Origin: an uncultured Verrucomicrobiae bacterium
Lineage (GTDB): Bacteria > Verrucomicrobiota > Verrucomicrobiia > Chthoniobacterales > UBA10450
Direction of reading: 5' to 3'
DNA length: 64,000 nt
NCBI GenBank assembly: GCA_963801815.1
Contig: CAWDGJ010000002.1
Span: forward strand, 672,001 to 736,000
The position numbers and the translations under genes are program-made. Positions 41,531 to 51,850 of this stretch are shown piece by piece. The notes under the pieces are model-generated. The model was not told the origin of the DNA and did not search any database. It saw nothing but the letters and a program-made list of their open reading frames with translations. The first letter of the stretch is position 1. Every line of letters starts with the position of its first letter.

Positions 41531-42109
41531 ATGCGCGGCCAGTCCGGAATTCTCAAGAACGCGATCAGCGCCGCCACAAAAACGATTGAATCTATTGCCG
41601 ATCTTGAATCGCAGATCGTAAGCGCGGCGGAATTAATTTCCGAATGCCTAACGAATGGCAGGAAAGTGCTGGCCTGCGGAAATGGCGGCAGCGCCGCGGA
41701 TGCGGCAGACTTTTGCACCGAGTTCGCATGCCGCTTCGTCGAGGATCGCCGGCCATTTCCCGCGATGAATCTGTCGCAGGGCGGCAGTTTGATCACTGCG
41801 ACCGGAAACGATTACGGGTTCGACGAAATCTTTGCCCGACAAGTGCGCGCCTTCGGAAATTCCGGCGACGTTCTGATTGCAATTAGCACCAGCGGCAAAT
41901 CGAAAAATATCCGGCGCGCCATCGAGGAAGCACGCGCACGCAAAGTAAAAACAATCGCATTGCTCGGACGCGATGGAGGTTCGACCGCCGGCCTAGCCGA
42001 TCTCGACCTGGTCGTGAAAGGCGATGCGACTGCCCGCATTCAGGAAGCGCACAAATTCATTCTCCATGTGATCTGTGAGATCTGCGAAACGCGTTTGCCT
42101 AAAAATTAG
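41531..42109 (+). CDS. gmhA: Phosphoheptose isomerase (SIS domain)
   Basis: CGNGGSAAD, GNDYGFDEIFARQV, ISTSGKS and TARIQEAH. Confidence 0.9.
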   Translation: MRGQSGILKNAISAATKTIESIADLESQIVSAAELISECLTNGRKVLACGNGGSAADAADFCTEFACRFVEDRRPFPAMNLSQGGSLITATGNDYGFDEIFARQVRAFGNSGDVLIAISTSGKSKNIRRAIEEARARKVKTIALLGRDGGSTAGLADLDLVVKGDATARIQEAHKFILHVICEICETRLPKN

Positions 42110-42122
42110 TGCGTTACAAATC

Positions 42123-43205
42123 ATGAGCCGAATTCTCGCCTTCGTATTCTTTTTTTTCGCAGTAAACAAGGTCACGCTAGCTGCCGACTATCCACCGCCC
42201 ACCGAAGGCGACTACAAAATTCGCGATTTCAAATTCGCGTCCGGCGAAACTTTGCCCGAGCTGACTATTCATTACCGAACGCTGGGCAAGATCAACAAAG
42301 ATGCTACCGGTAAAGTCACCAACGCCGTTCTCATCATGCACGGAACCACCGGGAGCGGCGCGCAATTCATTCGACCGGAATTTGCCGGAGAACTTTTCGG
42401 GAAAGATCAACCCCTCGATACAACGAAGTTCTTTGTCGTGCTTCCGGACTGCATCGGTCACGGCAAATCGAGCAAGCCGAGCGACGGGATGCACGCGAAA
42501 TTTCCGCGTTACGGTTACGCCGACATGGTCGAGGCGCAGTATCGCTTGCTGACGGACGGCCTTGGCGTGAATCACGCGCGTTTGGTGATGGGCACATCGA
42601 TGGGCGGGATGCACACCTGGCTTTGGGGTGAAACGCATCCCGATTTCATGGATGCGCTGATGCCGCTGGCGAGTTTGCCGACGCAAATTTCGGGGCGTAA
42701 CCGCGGCTGGCGGCGAATGGTGATCGACGCGATTCGAAACGACCCCGCCTGGAACGGTGGCGAATATCCGGCAGCTGCCGGACAACCGCCGAGTCTGCGC
42801 ACCGCCGCTTACATGCTCTGGTTCATGAGCAGCAATCCGGTCCTGCGACAAAAAGAAGCGCCGACGCTCGCCAAAACGGACGAGATCCTCGGCAAATTTG
42901 TCGATCAAATCGTGAAAACCGACGACGCGAACGATGTCCTTTACGCGCTTGAAGCGTCGCACGATTACGATCCCGGTCCCAATTTGGAAAAAATTCGGGC
43001 GCCATTGTTGGCAGTTAATTCAGCTGACGATTTGATCAATCCGCCGGAATTGGGAATTCTGGAGCGCGAGATCAAACGTGTTCCGCACGGACGCGCGATC
43101 GTGATCCCATTCAGTGATCAAACGCGCGGACACGGCAGCCACACCGTCGCCGCGCTGTGGAAAGATCACTTGATCGAGCTGCTCAAGGAGTCAGAGAAAA
43201 AATGA
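42123..43205 (+). CDS. Secreted alpha/beta hydrolase, homoserine O-acetyltransferase (MetX)-like
   Basis: Signal peptide; FASGETLPEL, HGTTG, GTSMGG nucleophile elbow, SADD and GHGSH. Confidence 0.82.
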   Translation: MSRILAFVFFFFAVNKVTLAADYPPPTEGDYKIRDFKFASGETLPELTIHYRTLGKINKDATGKVTNAVLIMHGTTGSGAQFIRPEFAGELFGKDQPLDTTKFFVVLPDCIGHGKSSKPSDGMHAKFPRYGYADMVEAQYRLLTDGLGVNHARLVMGTSMGGMHTWLWGETHPDFMDALMPLASLPTQISGRNRGWRRMVIDAIRNDPAWNGGEYPAAAGQPPSLRTAAYMLWFMSSNPVLRQKEAPTLAKTDEILGKFVDQIVKTDDANDVLYALEASHDYDPGPNLEKIRAPLLAVNSADDLINPPELGILEREIKRVPHGRAIVIPFSDQTRGHGSHTVAALWKDHLIELLKESEKK

Positions 43206-43238
43206 ACCGCGGATTACGCGGATAGGTTTCCGGGGAGC

Positions 43239-43279
43239 GCACGCGCCTCGCGTGCCGGTGATCGCGCCCTCGCGATCAC
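43239..43279. repeat. Tandem GC-rich palindromes (REP-like)
   Basis: GCACGCG-CCT-CGCGTGC (43239-43255) followed by GTGATCGCG-CCCT-CGCGATCAC (43258-43279). Confidence 0.6.
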
Positions 43280-43362
43280 AAACTCTGAATAGAAACTCGA
43301 AGAGCTTTCGCTCGCACCAGAATAAGATCGACATCGAAAGGCGGCGATTTTTCAATCGCTCC

Positions 43363-45025
43363 ATGAAAAGCGCACTAATTATTTCGCTGATCGCTTCCTC
43401 CGCTTTCGCCCAGGACTACGACGTCATCATTCGAAACGGCGACGTTTACGACGGAAGCGGCGGCTCGGCGCAACATGTCGATATTGCGATCAAGGGCGAT
43501 CGAATCGCTGGCCTTGGCAATTATTCGAAGGCAAGCGCGAAAACAATCGTCAATGCCACGGGCCTCGCCGTCGCGCCGGGATTCATCAACATGCTTTCGT
43601 GGTCGACCGAGTCGTTGATTCAGGATGGGCGTTCGCAGAGCGAGCTACGTCAGGGCGTAACCACCGAAATCATGGGCGAAGGCGAATCGATGGGGCCGGT
43701 CAACGACCGGCTGCGCGCCTACATACTTAAACAGCAGTCGGACATCAAATACGACATCAAATGGAACACCCTGTCTGAATATCTGCAGTATTTGGAGAAG
43801 CGCGGAATTTCCTGCAACGTCGCATCGTTCCTGGGCGCGACCACCGTCCGGGCTTACGTCATTGGTTTTGAAGATAGGGCGCCGACACCGCAGGAGCTCG
43901 ATCAGATGCGCGAAATCGTCCGCAAGGAAATGGAAGCCGGCGCGCTTGGTATCGGCACCTCGTTGATTTATCCGCCCGCCTTTTACGCGAAGACCGACGA
44001 ACTGATCGAGATGTGCAAAGTCGCGGCGAAATACAAAGGCAAATACATCTCGCACATGCGCAGCGAAGGAAACCAGCTCCTTGAAGCGTTCGACGAACTG
44101 CTCCGGATCGCGCGTGAAGCGAACATTCCGGCTGAGGTTTATCACATCAAAGCGGCCGGCCAGAAAAATTGGCCGAAAGAAGATGAATTGCTGGCGCGAA
44201 TCGAAAAAGCGCAAAAGGATGGACTGAAGATTCGCGCGAACATGTACACCTACACCGCGGCGGGCACCGGACTCGATGCCTGTTTTCCGCCGTGGACGGA
44301 AGACGGCGGTTACGAGGCGCTCTTCAAACGTCTCCGCGATCCGGCGACTCGCGAGAAAATCAAAGCCGAAGTGCAGGTCGACACCGACAAATGGGAAAAT
44401 CTTTACCTCGCCTCCGGCTCACCGGACAAAATTCTCCTGGTCGCGTTCAAGTCAGACAAATTGAAACCGCTCACCGGCAAAACGCTTGCCGAGGTGGCCA
44501 AAATGCGCGGCAAAGATCCGATCGAGACCGCGATGGACTTGGTGGCCGAAGACGAATCACGGATCGGCACGGTTTATTTCCTGATGTCGGAAGAGAACGT
44601 GAAGAAGGAATTGCAGAAGCCGTGGATCTCGTTCGGCTCGGATGAAGCGTCACAGGCGCCGGAGCCGCCGTTCACGAAATCGAATCCGCATCCGCGCGCT
44701 TATGGAAACTTCGCGCGCGTGCTCGGCAAATATTGTCGCGACGAAAAAGTGCTCACGCTTACCGGAAGCGATCCGGCGTTTGAGCGCACAACCGGCGCAA
44801 AATCTCGAGCTCGATCATCGCGGAATGCTGAAGGAAGGAATGTTCGCCGACGTGGTGGTGTTCGATCCGAAAACAATCACCGATCACGCGACGTTCGATA
44901 AACCGCATCAGTATGCGACCGGGGTGAAACACGTTTTCGTCAACGGCGTGCAAGTGATCAAGGAAGGCGAACACACCGACGCCAAACCCGGCCGCGCCCT
45001 GTGGGGCCCAGGGAAAGTGAAGTGA
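43363..45025 (+). CDS. N-acyl-D-amino-acid deacylase family amidohydrolase with signal peptide (frameshift near 44760)
   Basis: VAPGFIN, QGVTTE, SHMRSE, YHIKA and HPRAYGNF; then EAIRRL, ADVVVFD and VFVNG in a second frame. Confidence 0.88.
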
Positions 45026-45031
45026 CGTTAG

Positions 45032-45351
45032 ATGAAAGAGCGTCTCTGCTTTCACAGCTTTGGCCCCAAGTACTGTCTTTCCTAGCTGTCGGCTGCGTTG
45101 TCGGTGTCGTCGTCGCACGCGAATTGTTTTCGCGCTGCTGCTTAGTCTTCCCGCGAGTATCGGTTGGCTGATGCTCGTGGCGTGGTATGAAGGCACTTTC
45201 TCTGATCAGTTCTCGCTCCAAGATCCGTCGGGGATTATTTATTGGGTTGGGCATTCCGTATCTGCTGTTTTGTTTTCTCCCGACAGCCGTCGCAGCTCTG
45301 CTCATCGCGATCATTTGGCGAGTCCGTTCGAAAAGAAGCACGGCACACTAA
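45032..45351 (+). CDS. Probable small polytopic membrane protein broken by several indels
   Basis: Hydrophobic segments in successive frames: QVLSFLAVGCVVGVVV, IVFALLLSLPASIGWLMLVAW and GIPYLLFCFLPTAVAALLIAIIWRVRSKRSTAH*. Confidence 0.4.
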
Positions 45352-45464
45352 GATCGACATCTAGCCGCATCGGTTGTAGCGGTTTGCGGCTGCTGATTTT
45401 CAGAATAGACACGCAACGGGTCGACGTTCAGCGTAGTCTAATATAGAGGCAGATACCTTTTGAA

Positions 45465-45869
45465 ATGGACCCTATCGACAGCATCAAGTTGCGCTGGCTC
45501 CACGGCGCGTTGCACGACGTCACTTACGAGCTGGCGCGGTCGCAGTTTCAGTTCGCACCCCATACCTGGGAGCCGGCGATCAATGCCTATCGCTGCGAGA
45601 AGTGCATCCGGATTTGTGTCGATCTGGCCGGGGTCGAGCGGTCGCAGATTGATCTGATTGTCGAGCCGCAGCGAGTGCTTATCCGGGGCGCCCGAGAATT
45701 GCCCGAGCCTTCGCACGACGAAGGTCGCGCCGTTCGATTGCTGGCCATGGAAATCGATTACGGGCCGTTCGAACGCGAGATCACCCTGCCGGATGAAGTG
45801 GAGATCAACGAGGCGGACGCCGAGCAACGCAACGGACTGCTCTGGATTTCGCTTCCGATTAAACAATGA
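45465..45869 (+). CDS. Hsp20/alpha-crystallin family protein
   Basis: WEPAINAY, VDLAGV, IRGAR, EIDYGPFEREITLP and NGLLWISLP. Confidence 0.88.
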   Translation: MDPIDSIKLRWLHGALHDVTYELARSQFQFAPHTWEPAINAYRCEKCIRICVDLAGVERSQIDLIVEPQRVLIRGARELPEPSHDEGRAVRLLAMEIDYGPFEREITLPDEVEINEADAEQRNGLLWISLPIKQ

Positions 45870-48346
45870 CAAACGAACAAGATTTTTCCCTGCAGCCTGC
45901 AGAACTAGAAATGAAATCCGGCGCGGACCCGACAACGGCGATTGCTGCCGACATGTCCGACAACAGCAAAATCCCAAAGATTCCAGAGGAATTGTCGATC
46001 CTGCCAGTGCGCGGATTCGTCGTTTTTCCAGGAACAATTGTGCCGTTAAACGTCCGCCGTCCGGCGTCGATCGCGTTGCTGGATGAAACGTTGCCGCGTA
46101 CGAAAGTAATCGGGTTGCTAACGCAACGCGACGAGGCAAAAGAAGATCCGGAACCGCAGGACCTTTATCACGTCGGCACGGCTGCGCTGGTGTTGAAGAT
46201 GATTCGTCAGGCCGACGATCATGTGGTCATCATCGCCCGCGGTCTGCAGCGATTCACTTTGCGCAAGATCGCGGCGACTTCGCCATTCATTCGCGCGGAA
46301 ATCGATTTAATGAAATCGATTGCGCCGACGCCGAGCAAGGAATGGGAAGCGACTTTCCGAAACCTGCGCGATTCGGCCGCGCGTTTGTTCGAACTGAGTC
46401 CAGAAACGCCGGAGCAAGCGCGTCTGATGGTGTTGAACATTACGGATCCAGAACAGCTCGCCGATTTTCTGGCGCCAAACCTGAACGTCGATGTCGCGCA
46501 AAAGCAGGCGATCCTCGAGGAACCGGACATAGCGAAGCGCGTCGAGGTTGTACAAAAGCACATTTCCGCGCAGCTCGAGATCGCGCAGATCCAGGAGAAA
46601 TTGCAAAAGGATGTCGCATCGCAATTTTCCGACGCGCAACGACGCGCTTATTTGCGATCGCAAATCAAAGCGATCCAGCATGAGCTCGGCGAAGATGAAA
46701 CCGGAAGCGAAGAGCAGGTCTCGCAGTTGCGCGAGCGACTGAAGAAAGCTGAACCGCCGCCAGAAGTGCTGGCCCAGGCGGAACGCGAACTGAAGCGGCT
46801 CGATTTTATTCCACCCGCCAGTCCGGAGTACTCAGTCATCGTCAGTTACATCGAGATTATCGCCGATCTTCCGTGGAACAAATTGAGTGAGGACCACATC
46901 GATCTTGATCAAGCGCAACAAATTCTCGACCGCGACCATTACGATCTCGAAAAAGTGAAGCGGCGGTTGATCGAATATCTCGCAGTTAGAAAGCTTAACC
47001 CGAACGGACACGGACCGATCTTGTGTTTTCTCGGCCCGCCTGGGGTCGGCAAGACCAGTCTCGGCCAATCGATTGCCGACGCGCTCGGCCGAAAATTTGT
47101 CCGGATTAGTCTCGGCGGGATGCGCGATGAGGCGGAAATCCGCGGACACCGGCGCACCTACATCGGTTCGATGCCAGGGCGGATCATCCAGGAATTGCGA
47201 CGCGCCGGGACACGTAATCCGGTTTTCATGTTGGACGAACTCGACAAGATTGGTGCCGATTTCCGTGGCGACCCGGCCAGTGCGATGCTCGAAGTGCTCG
47301 ATCCGCGCCAGAACAACGCGTTTGTCGATCGCTATCTCGATGTGCCGTTCGATTTGTCGCAGGTCATTTTTATCGGCACGGCCAATTACATCGACGGCGT
47401 TCCCGAACCATTACGCGACCGGATCGAGGTGATTTCGCTGCCCGGTTACACCGAGCGCGAAAAATTGGAGATCGCGAAACGATATTTGATTCGTCGACAG
47501 CTCGAGGAGAACGGACTCAAGGCCGATCAATGTGAATTCCAGGAGGATGCGATTCGCCGTATCATCAATGATTACACGCACGAGGCTGGCGTTCGCGAAC
47601 TCGAGCGGCAGATTGGCGCGATTTGTCGGTCGGTAGCGGCGAAGTGTGCCCGTGGGGAATGCCAACGAGTCGAGGTTACCCCCGAATTTGTCGGACAGAC
47701 GCTCGGGCCGGCGCGTTATGTGCGCGAGAGCAAATTGAAAACGAGTCAGCCCGGCGTGGTGACTGGCCTCGCCTACACGCCTTACGGTGGAGAAGTGTTG
47801 CACATCGAGGCGACGCGTTATTCCGGGAAGGGTAACGTCACGTTAACCGGCCAAATTGGAAACGTGATGAAAGAATCCGTGCAAGCGGCGCTCAGTTTGG
47901 TTCGAAGTCGCGACGGCCAAATCGGGGTCAAGCCGGAAGATTTTAGGGACATGGACATTCACGTGCATGTTCCGGCCGGCGCGGTGCCGAAGGATGGCCC
48001 GTCCGCGGGCATCGCGATGTTCACAGCACTAGCGTCGCTGTTCGCCAACAAACCGGTGCGGCCAGATGTCGCGATGACCGGTGAAATCACACTGCGCGGC
48101 CTGGTTTTACCGATCGGCGGATTAAAGGAAAAAAGTTTGGCCGCGATGCGCGCCGGAATTTCGACGGTAATCATTCCGAAGTTGAACGAAAAAGATCTGG
48201 TCGACGTTCCGGAGGAAGCGAAACAGAAACTAAAATTTGTGCTGGTCGAAAATGTTGATGAAGTCCTCGCCGTCGCCTTGGAAAAGAACGGCGGGACGGA
48301 AACGGCGCATCCGGTCGTAGCGACAGACGGCGAAGGAAAAGATTAG
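45866..48346 (+). CDS. lon: ATP-dependent Lon protease
   Basis: LON N-domain (VVFPG), GPPGVGKTS, GHRRTYIG, LDELDK, PKDGPSAG (catalytic Ser) and IGGLKEK. Confidence 0.96.
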   Translation: MTNEQDFSLQPAELEMKSGADPTTAIAADMSDNSKIPKIPEELSILPVRGFVVFPGTIVPLNVRRPASIALLDETLPRTKVIGLLTQRDEAKEDPEPQDLYHVGTAALVLKMIRQADDHVVIIARGLQRFTLRKIAATSPFIRAEIDLMKSIAPTPSKEWEATFRNLRDSAARLFELSPETPEQARLMVLNITDPEQLADFLAPNLNVDVAQKQAILEEPDIAKRVEVVQKHISAQLEIAQIQEKLQKDVASQFSDAQRRAYLRSQIKAIQHELGEDETGSEEQVSQLRERLKKAEPPPEVLAQAERELKRLDFIPPASPEYSVIVSYIEIIADLPWNKLSEDHIDLDQAQQILDRDHYDLEKVKRRLIEYLAVRKLNPNGHGPILCFLGPPGVGKTSLGQSIADALGRKFVRISLGGMRDEAEIRGHRRTYIGSMPGRIIQELRRAGTRNPVFMLDELDKIGADFRGDPASAMLEVLDPRQNNAFVDRYLDVPFDLSQVIFIGTANYIDGVPEPLRDRIEVISLPGYTEREKLEIAKRYLIRRQLEENGLKADQCEFQEDAIRRIINDYTHEAGVRELERQIGAICRSVAAKCARGECQRVEVTPEFVGQTLGPARYVRESKLKTSQPGVVTGLAYTPYGGEVLHIEATRYSGKGNVTLTGQIGNVMKESVQAALSLVRSRDGQIGVKPEDFRDMDIHVHVPAGAVPKDGPSAGIAMFTALASLFANKPVRPDVAMTGEITLRGLVLPIGGLKEKSLAAMRAGISTVIIPKLNEKDLVDVPEEAKQKLKFVLVENVDEVLAVALEKNGGTETAHPVVATDGEGKD

Positions 48347-48963
48347 TGCGAGACGTCCGATCCGGTGTCGGCGCGCTGCTCGATTTGTTGCAAGCTCGGA
48401 CCTGAGGTGCGGATCCAGTCACGCGTCGCGCTGATATCACCCTGGTTCACCGGTTCGGCCCGCGCCACGATGTCCTCGCCCACTTTCACCGGCGCAGCCT
48501 TAGGGGCTTTCCAGTGACGTCCGAATTTGTGGAGCGCATAATACATCGTGCCGGCCTCGACCGCGCCCACTCCGCTGCAACGCGTGGCGTTGTAAAACAT
48601 TCGATCGCACTCCTGCCACGGCTTGGTGTGTTGATCATACGAGACATCGTGCAGCACGGACGCGTTGCGATATCTCCCTTCGAACGGCCCGCCCATCAGC
48701 GACCAAAGCGATCGCGGAATGGAGGCGCCGTCGACGACGGAACCCGCCGGGGCAATCCAAACCACGCCATTCGGATCGGTGTAACGCAGCTCGCTCAACA
48801 ACGTCATGGTGCGTCCGTCATTTTCCCAGCGCGCTTCCACGTAACCGCTGTAATGCCCCCACTTGTTCGACGCCTTCGAGGCACCGCGGACCCAGGCGGG
48901 CGTTTTGTCACCGGCGCAACCGATTAAAAAAGCGGTGGCAATTATGAATGAAAAGGCCCTCAT
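48343..48963 (-). CDS. DUF1353-like lipoprotein
   Basis: Lipobox FLIG-C; VDGASIPR, ASVLHD and CDRMFY motifs. Confidence 0.75.
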   Translation of the reverse strand: MRAFSFIIATAFLIGCAGDKTPAWVRGASKASNKWGHYSGYVEARWENDGRTMTLLSELRYTDPNGVVWIAPAGSVVDGASIPRSLWSLMGGPFEGRYRNASVLHDVSYDQHTKPWQECDRMFYNATRCSGVGAVEAGTMYYALHKFGRHWKAPKAAPVKVGEDIVARAEPVNQGDISATRDWIRTSGPSLQQIEQRADTGSDVSH

Positions 48964-49146
48964 GTTTCCCTGAAAACGTCCAACTTTTAACGTTCGACGC
49001 GCAACGTCAAATTCGATTCAAATCCGTCACACAAATGTTTGCCAAATTCAGTCGCGTCGAAATCGTAATGACGCTGTCCGGCGGTGCGGAGGGCGCGTTG
49101 AGTTCCTTTAACTCTTCAACCGTTCAACGATTCAACGAGACGAAGC

Positions 49147-49608
49147 CTAACTCGTCCAAGACCTGAAGCGTTTTCGAATCGGCTTTGTGTAGCGGTCGAG
49201 GTCGATGTTTTTCACGCCTTCGCTCACCGCATCGGCGGATTCCTCGAATTTCTCCTTCATCGAGCGAAACGCCGGCCAGAGAAACGGCAGAGAGAGAATG
49301 CTCCAATTGATTCGATCGAGCGGTGCTTTCGAATCCTCGTCATTTGCGCGCGACGCGTATCGGATAGCCAGACCAATGGCAAGGCCGGCGGCGAGCGCGC
49401 CAACGATCATCGGAACAGGATTCTCGCGCAGAAATAATTCAGTGCGTTCGCGGGCCGAAGTCGATCTGCTTCGTATTTGTTCTCGACGCCGGGGGCGTGG
49501 TTCTAAAACGCTGGAGATCTGGCGGCGCCGGCGTGGGCGTGGCCGGCCGTTTTGCTCCGCTGAAGCCAGTGGATCATCATTTACAAAGTCTTCTTCCATC
49601 GGGTGCAT
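49147..49608 (-). CDS. Hypothetical membrane-anchored protein (ElaB/YqjD-like segment)
   Basis: FLRENPVPMIVGALAAGLAIGLAIR resembles the DUF883 C-terminal motif. Confidence 0.6.
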   Translation of the reverse strand: MHPMEEDFVNDDPLASAEQNGRPRPRRRRQISSVLEPRPRRREQIRSRSTSARERTELFLRENPVPMIVGALAAGLAIGLAIRYASRANDEDSKAPLDRINWSILSLPFLWPAFRSMKEKFEESADAVSEGVKNIDLDRYTKPIRKRFRSWTS

Positions 49609-49658
49609 CCTCCACTAATTCGCAAGTCCCGCGCCTCGTGCGCCGGTAAATGAACTTA

Positions 49659-50192
49659 TCATGTCTCCGAATGTTTTCCCGAGGAAACATTTAGTCGCTC
49701 GTAGGCGGCTACGATCTCCTCCGTTGCCAGGACGAAGATCACTTCGTCGAGCGTGCTATTTTCTTTCAGAAAATCGCGCACGGTTCGGGTGGCAATCGCA
49801 GCCGCTTCGGTAATCGGATAGCCATAAGCGCCACAACTGATGGCCGGGAATGCGACAGTCCTGATTTTGTTCTCGGTCGCGAGACGCAGCGAATTGCGAT
49901 AACAATCCGCTAAGATTTCTGGTTCGCCGCGATGTCCGCCAGCCCAAATTGGGCCTACCGTATGAATGACAAACCGCGCCGGTAAATTGTGACCGCGAGT
50001 CATTTTCGCTTCGCCCGGCCGGCAACCGCCCAAAGTGCGGCATTGTTTCAGTAATTCAGGTCCAGCCGCGCGATGAATCGCGCCATCCACTCCGCCGCCC
50101 CCGAGCAACGTCGTGTTGGCAGCGTTCACGATTGCGTCGACATCGAGCTTGGTGATGTCGTCCTGGATAATGTCGATTCTTGCGTTTGCCAT
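49659..50192 (-). CDS. ymdB: Macrodomain O-acetyl-ADP-ribose deacetylase
   Basis: [28 protein letters not shown] and [12 protein letters not shown]. Confidence 0.88.
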   Translation of the reverse strand: MANARIDIIQDDITKLDVDAIVNAANTTLLGGGGVDGAIHRAAGPELLKQCRTLGGCRPGEAKMTRGHNLPARFVIHTVGPIWAGGHRGEPEILADCYRNSLRLATENKIRTVAFPAISCGAYGYPITEAAAIATRTVRDFLKENSTLDEVIFVLATEEIVAAYERLNVSSGKHSET

Positions 50193-50842
50193 TACGGCGC
50201 GAGCCGATCAATCGACCATCCACCGCTTTTCTGACGGGTGTAACGGAACCGATCATGCAAGCGATCGATACGTCCCTGCCAGAATTCCATGCGGTCGGGT
50301 TTGAGGCAATATCCACCCCAATGCGGCGGCAGCGGAATCGAGCCCTTAGCGAAGCGTTGCTTCATCTCTTGCAAGCGAGCGTTCAGAACTCGACGCGCGT
50401 CAATCACTTCGCTTTGGTGCGATGCCCAGGCTCCTAATTGGGCGCCGGCCGGTCGACTGTGAAAATATTCCTCGGATTCTTTGCGAGAAGTTTTTTTGAC
50501 CCTTCCCTCGATCCGAATCTGCCGCTCAACTTCCATCCAGTACATCACGAGCGCAGCATTCGGGTTTTTGTCTAACTGGCGGCCTTTCTCGCTCTCGTAA
50601 TTGGTGAAGAAAACGAAGCCGCGCTCATCGAAATGTTTAAGAAGAACGATGCGCGCGAAGGGTTTGTCACCGGCGCACGTCGCCAAAGTCATCGAATTCG
50701 CGTCGTGAATGCCGGCCGTGATCGCGGCGGAAAACCAACGATGAAATTGGTCGATCGGATCAAGCGCGAGATCGGCGCGGCGTAAACCTTCGCCAATGTA
50801 TTCGTGACGGAAGCCGGCGTAATCGAGCGGTGTCTGATCCAT
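50192..50842 (-). CDS. pdxH: Pyridoxamine 5'-phosphate oxidase
   Basis: [28 protein letters not shown] and [13 protein letters not shown]. Confidence 0.95.
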   Translation of the reverse strand: MDQTPLDYAGFRHEYIGEGLRRADLALDPIDQFHRWFSAAITAGIHDANSMTLATCAGDKPFARIVLLKHFDERGFVFFTNYESEKGRQLDKNPNAALVMYWMEVERQIRIEGRVKKTSRKESEEYFHSRPAGAQLGAWASHQSEVIDARRVLNARLQEMKQRFAKGSIPLPPHWGGYCLKPDRMEFWQGRIDRLHDRFRYTRQKSGGWSIDRLAP

Positions 50843-50909
50843 TCGTAAGCGTTCATGCCTACGATATTCTCAGCGCGGAAGATGTCGACCCCGTTTGACT
50901 TCGCTTCAG

Positions 50910-51764
50910 TCAGGCCGCCGCCGCGGCTGCGCTATCGCCTCGAGAAAGTTCCCAGCCGACAATCGCGCGTTTGCGGATCGGGTCCCAATGATAATGCCCG
51001 AGCGCGCCAGTCTCGCGAATGACACGATGACACGGAATGATGAATGCGATCGGGTTTGCGGCGACTGCGCTGCCCACCGCTCGCGCGGCTTGCGATTGAC
51101 CGATCGCTTCCGCCAATCGCCCATAAGTTGTCAGGGAACCGGCCCGGACCTGCAACAAGGCGCGCCAGACGCGCACCTGAAATTCCGTCCCGCGAACAAG
51201 AGCGCGAAGAGGGCGATTCACTGTCGCGAGGTCGGCACGGTCAAAAATTCTAGCGGCAACTTCAGCAATTCTCGCGTCGTTGCGTTGCAACTTCGCGTTC
51301 GGCCATTGTGACACGAGGAGATCTCGCGCGCAGTCGCGCCCGTGTTCATCGACAAAACTGAGATGACAGATTCCCCGTTTGGTCTCGGCAATGACCGCTT
51401 CGCCGAACGGCGTGTCAGCGAAGCCGAAATCGATTTCGAGCCCGGCTCCGCCGCTTTTCATTTCACCCGGAGAGGCCGCCTCAAGCGTGACACATAGATC
51501 GTGCAATCGGCCAGGTCCGGACAAGCCGGCGTTAATCGCGGCGTCGAAAACATTGTCGCCTTCGCGCAGGAGTTGTCTCACGTGTTCAAGGGTAAGGCAC
51601 TGCAAAAAATCCTTCGGGGTAACGCCCGCCCAGTTCGAGAAAAGCCGGTGAAAATGAAATGGACTCAATCCTGCCGCATCGGCGAGTGCAGCAAGGTCCG
51701 GTTGCTCAGTATGATGTCGATCCAGAAAACGGATCACCCTGGCGACGCGCTCGTAATCGTTCAT
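50910..51764 (-). CDS. AraC-HTH / methylated-DNA-protein-cysteine methyltransferase (Ada-like)
   Basis: LSPFHFHRLF HTH; GTEFQVRVW, ARAVGSA and IPCHRV active site. Confidence 0.9.
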   Translation of the reverse strand: MNDYERVARVIRFLDRHHTEQPDLAALADAAGLSPFHFHRLFSNWAGVTPKDFLQCLTLEHVRQLLREGDNVFDAAINAGLSGPGRLHDLCVTLEAASPGEMKSGGAGLEIDFGFADTPFGEAVIAETKRGICHLSFVDEHGRDCARDLLVSQWPNAKLQRNDARIAEVAARIFDRADLATVNRPLRALVRGTEFQVRVWRALLQVRAGSLTTYGRLAEAIGQSQAARAVGSAVAANPIAFIIPCHRVIRETGALGHYHWDPIRKRAIVGWELSRGDSAAAAAA

Positions 51765-51850
51765 ATCAGCAGTTTGTCATCAGCCTGAAGGCGAAGCCAC
51801 CCGCTTCTTGCTACGATTTTACAAACGTTTGGCCGAACCGCGAGTGTGGT

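Noticed and set aside
49024..49041. Third Pho box (CCGTCACACAAATGTTTG)
   Set aside because: Only one good half-site, and it is not oriented toward a nearby gene start.
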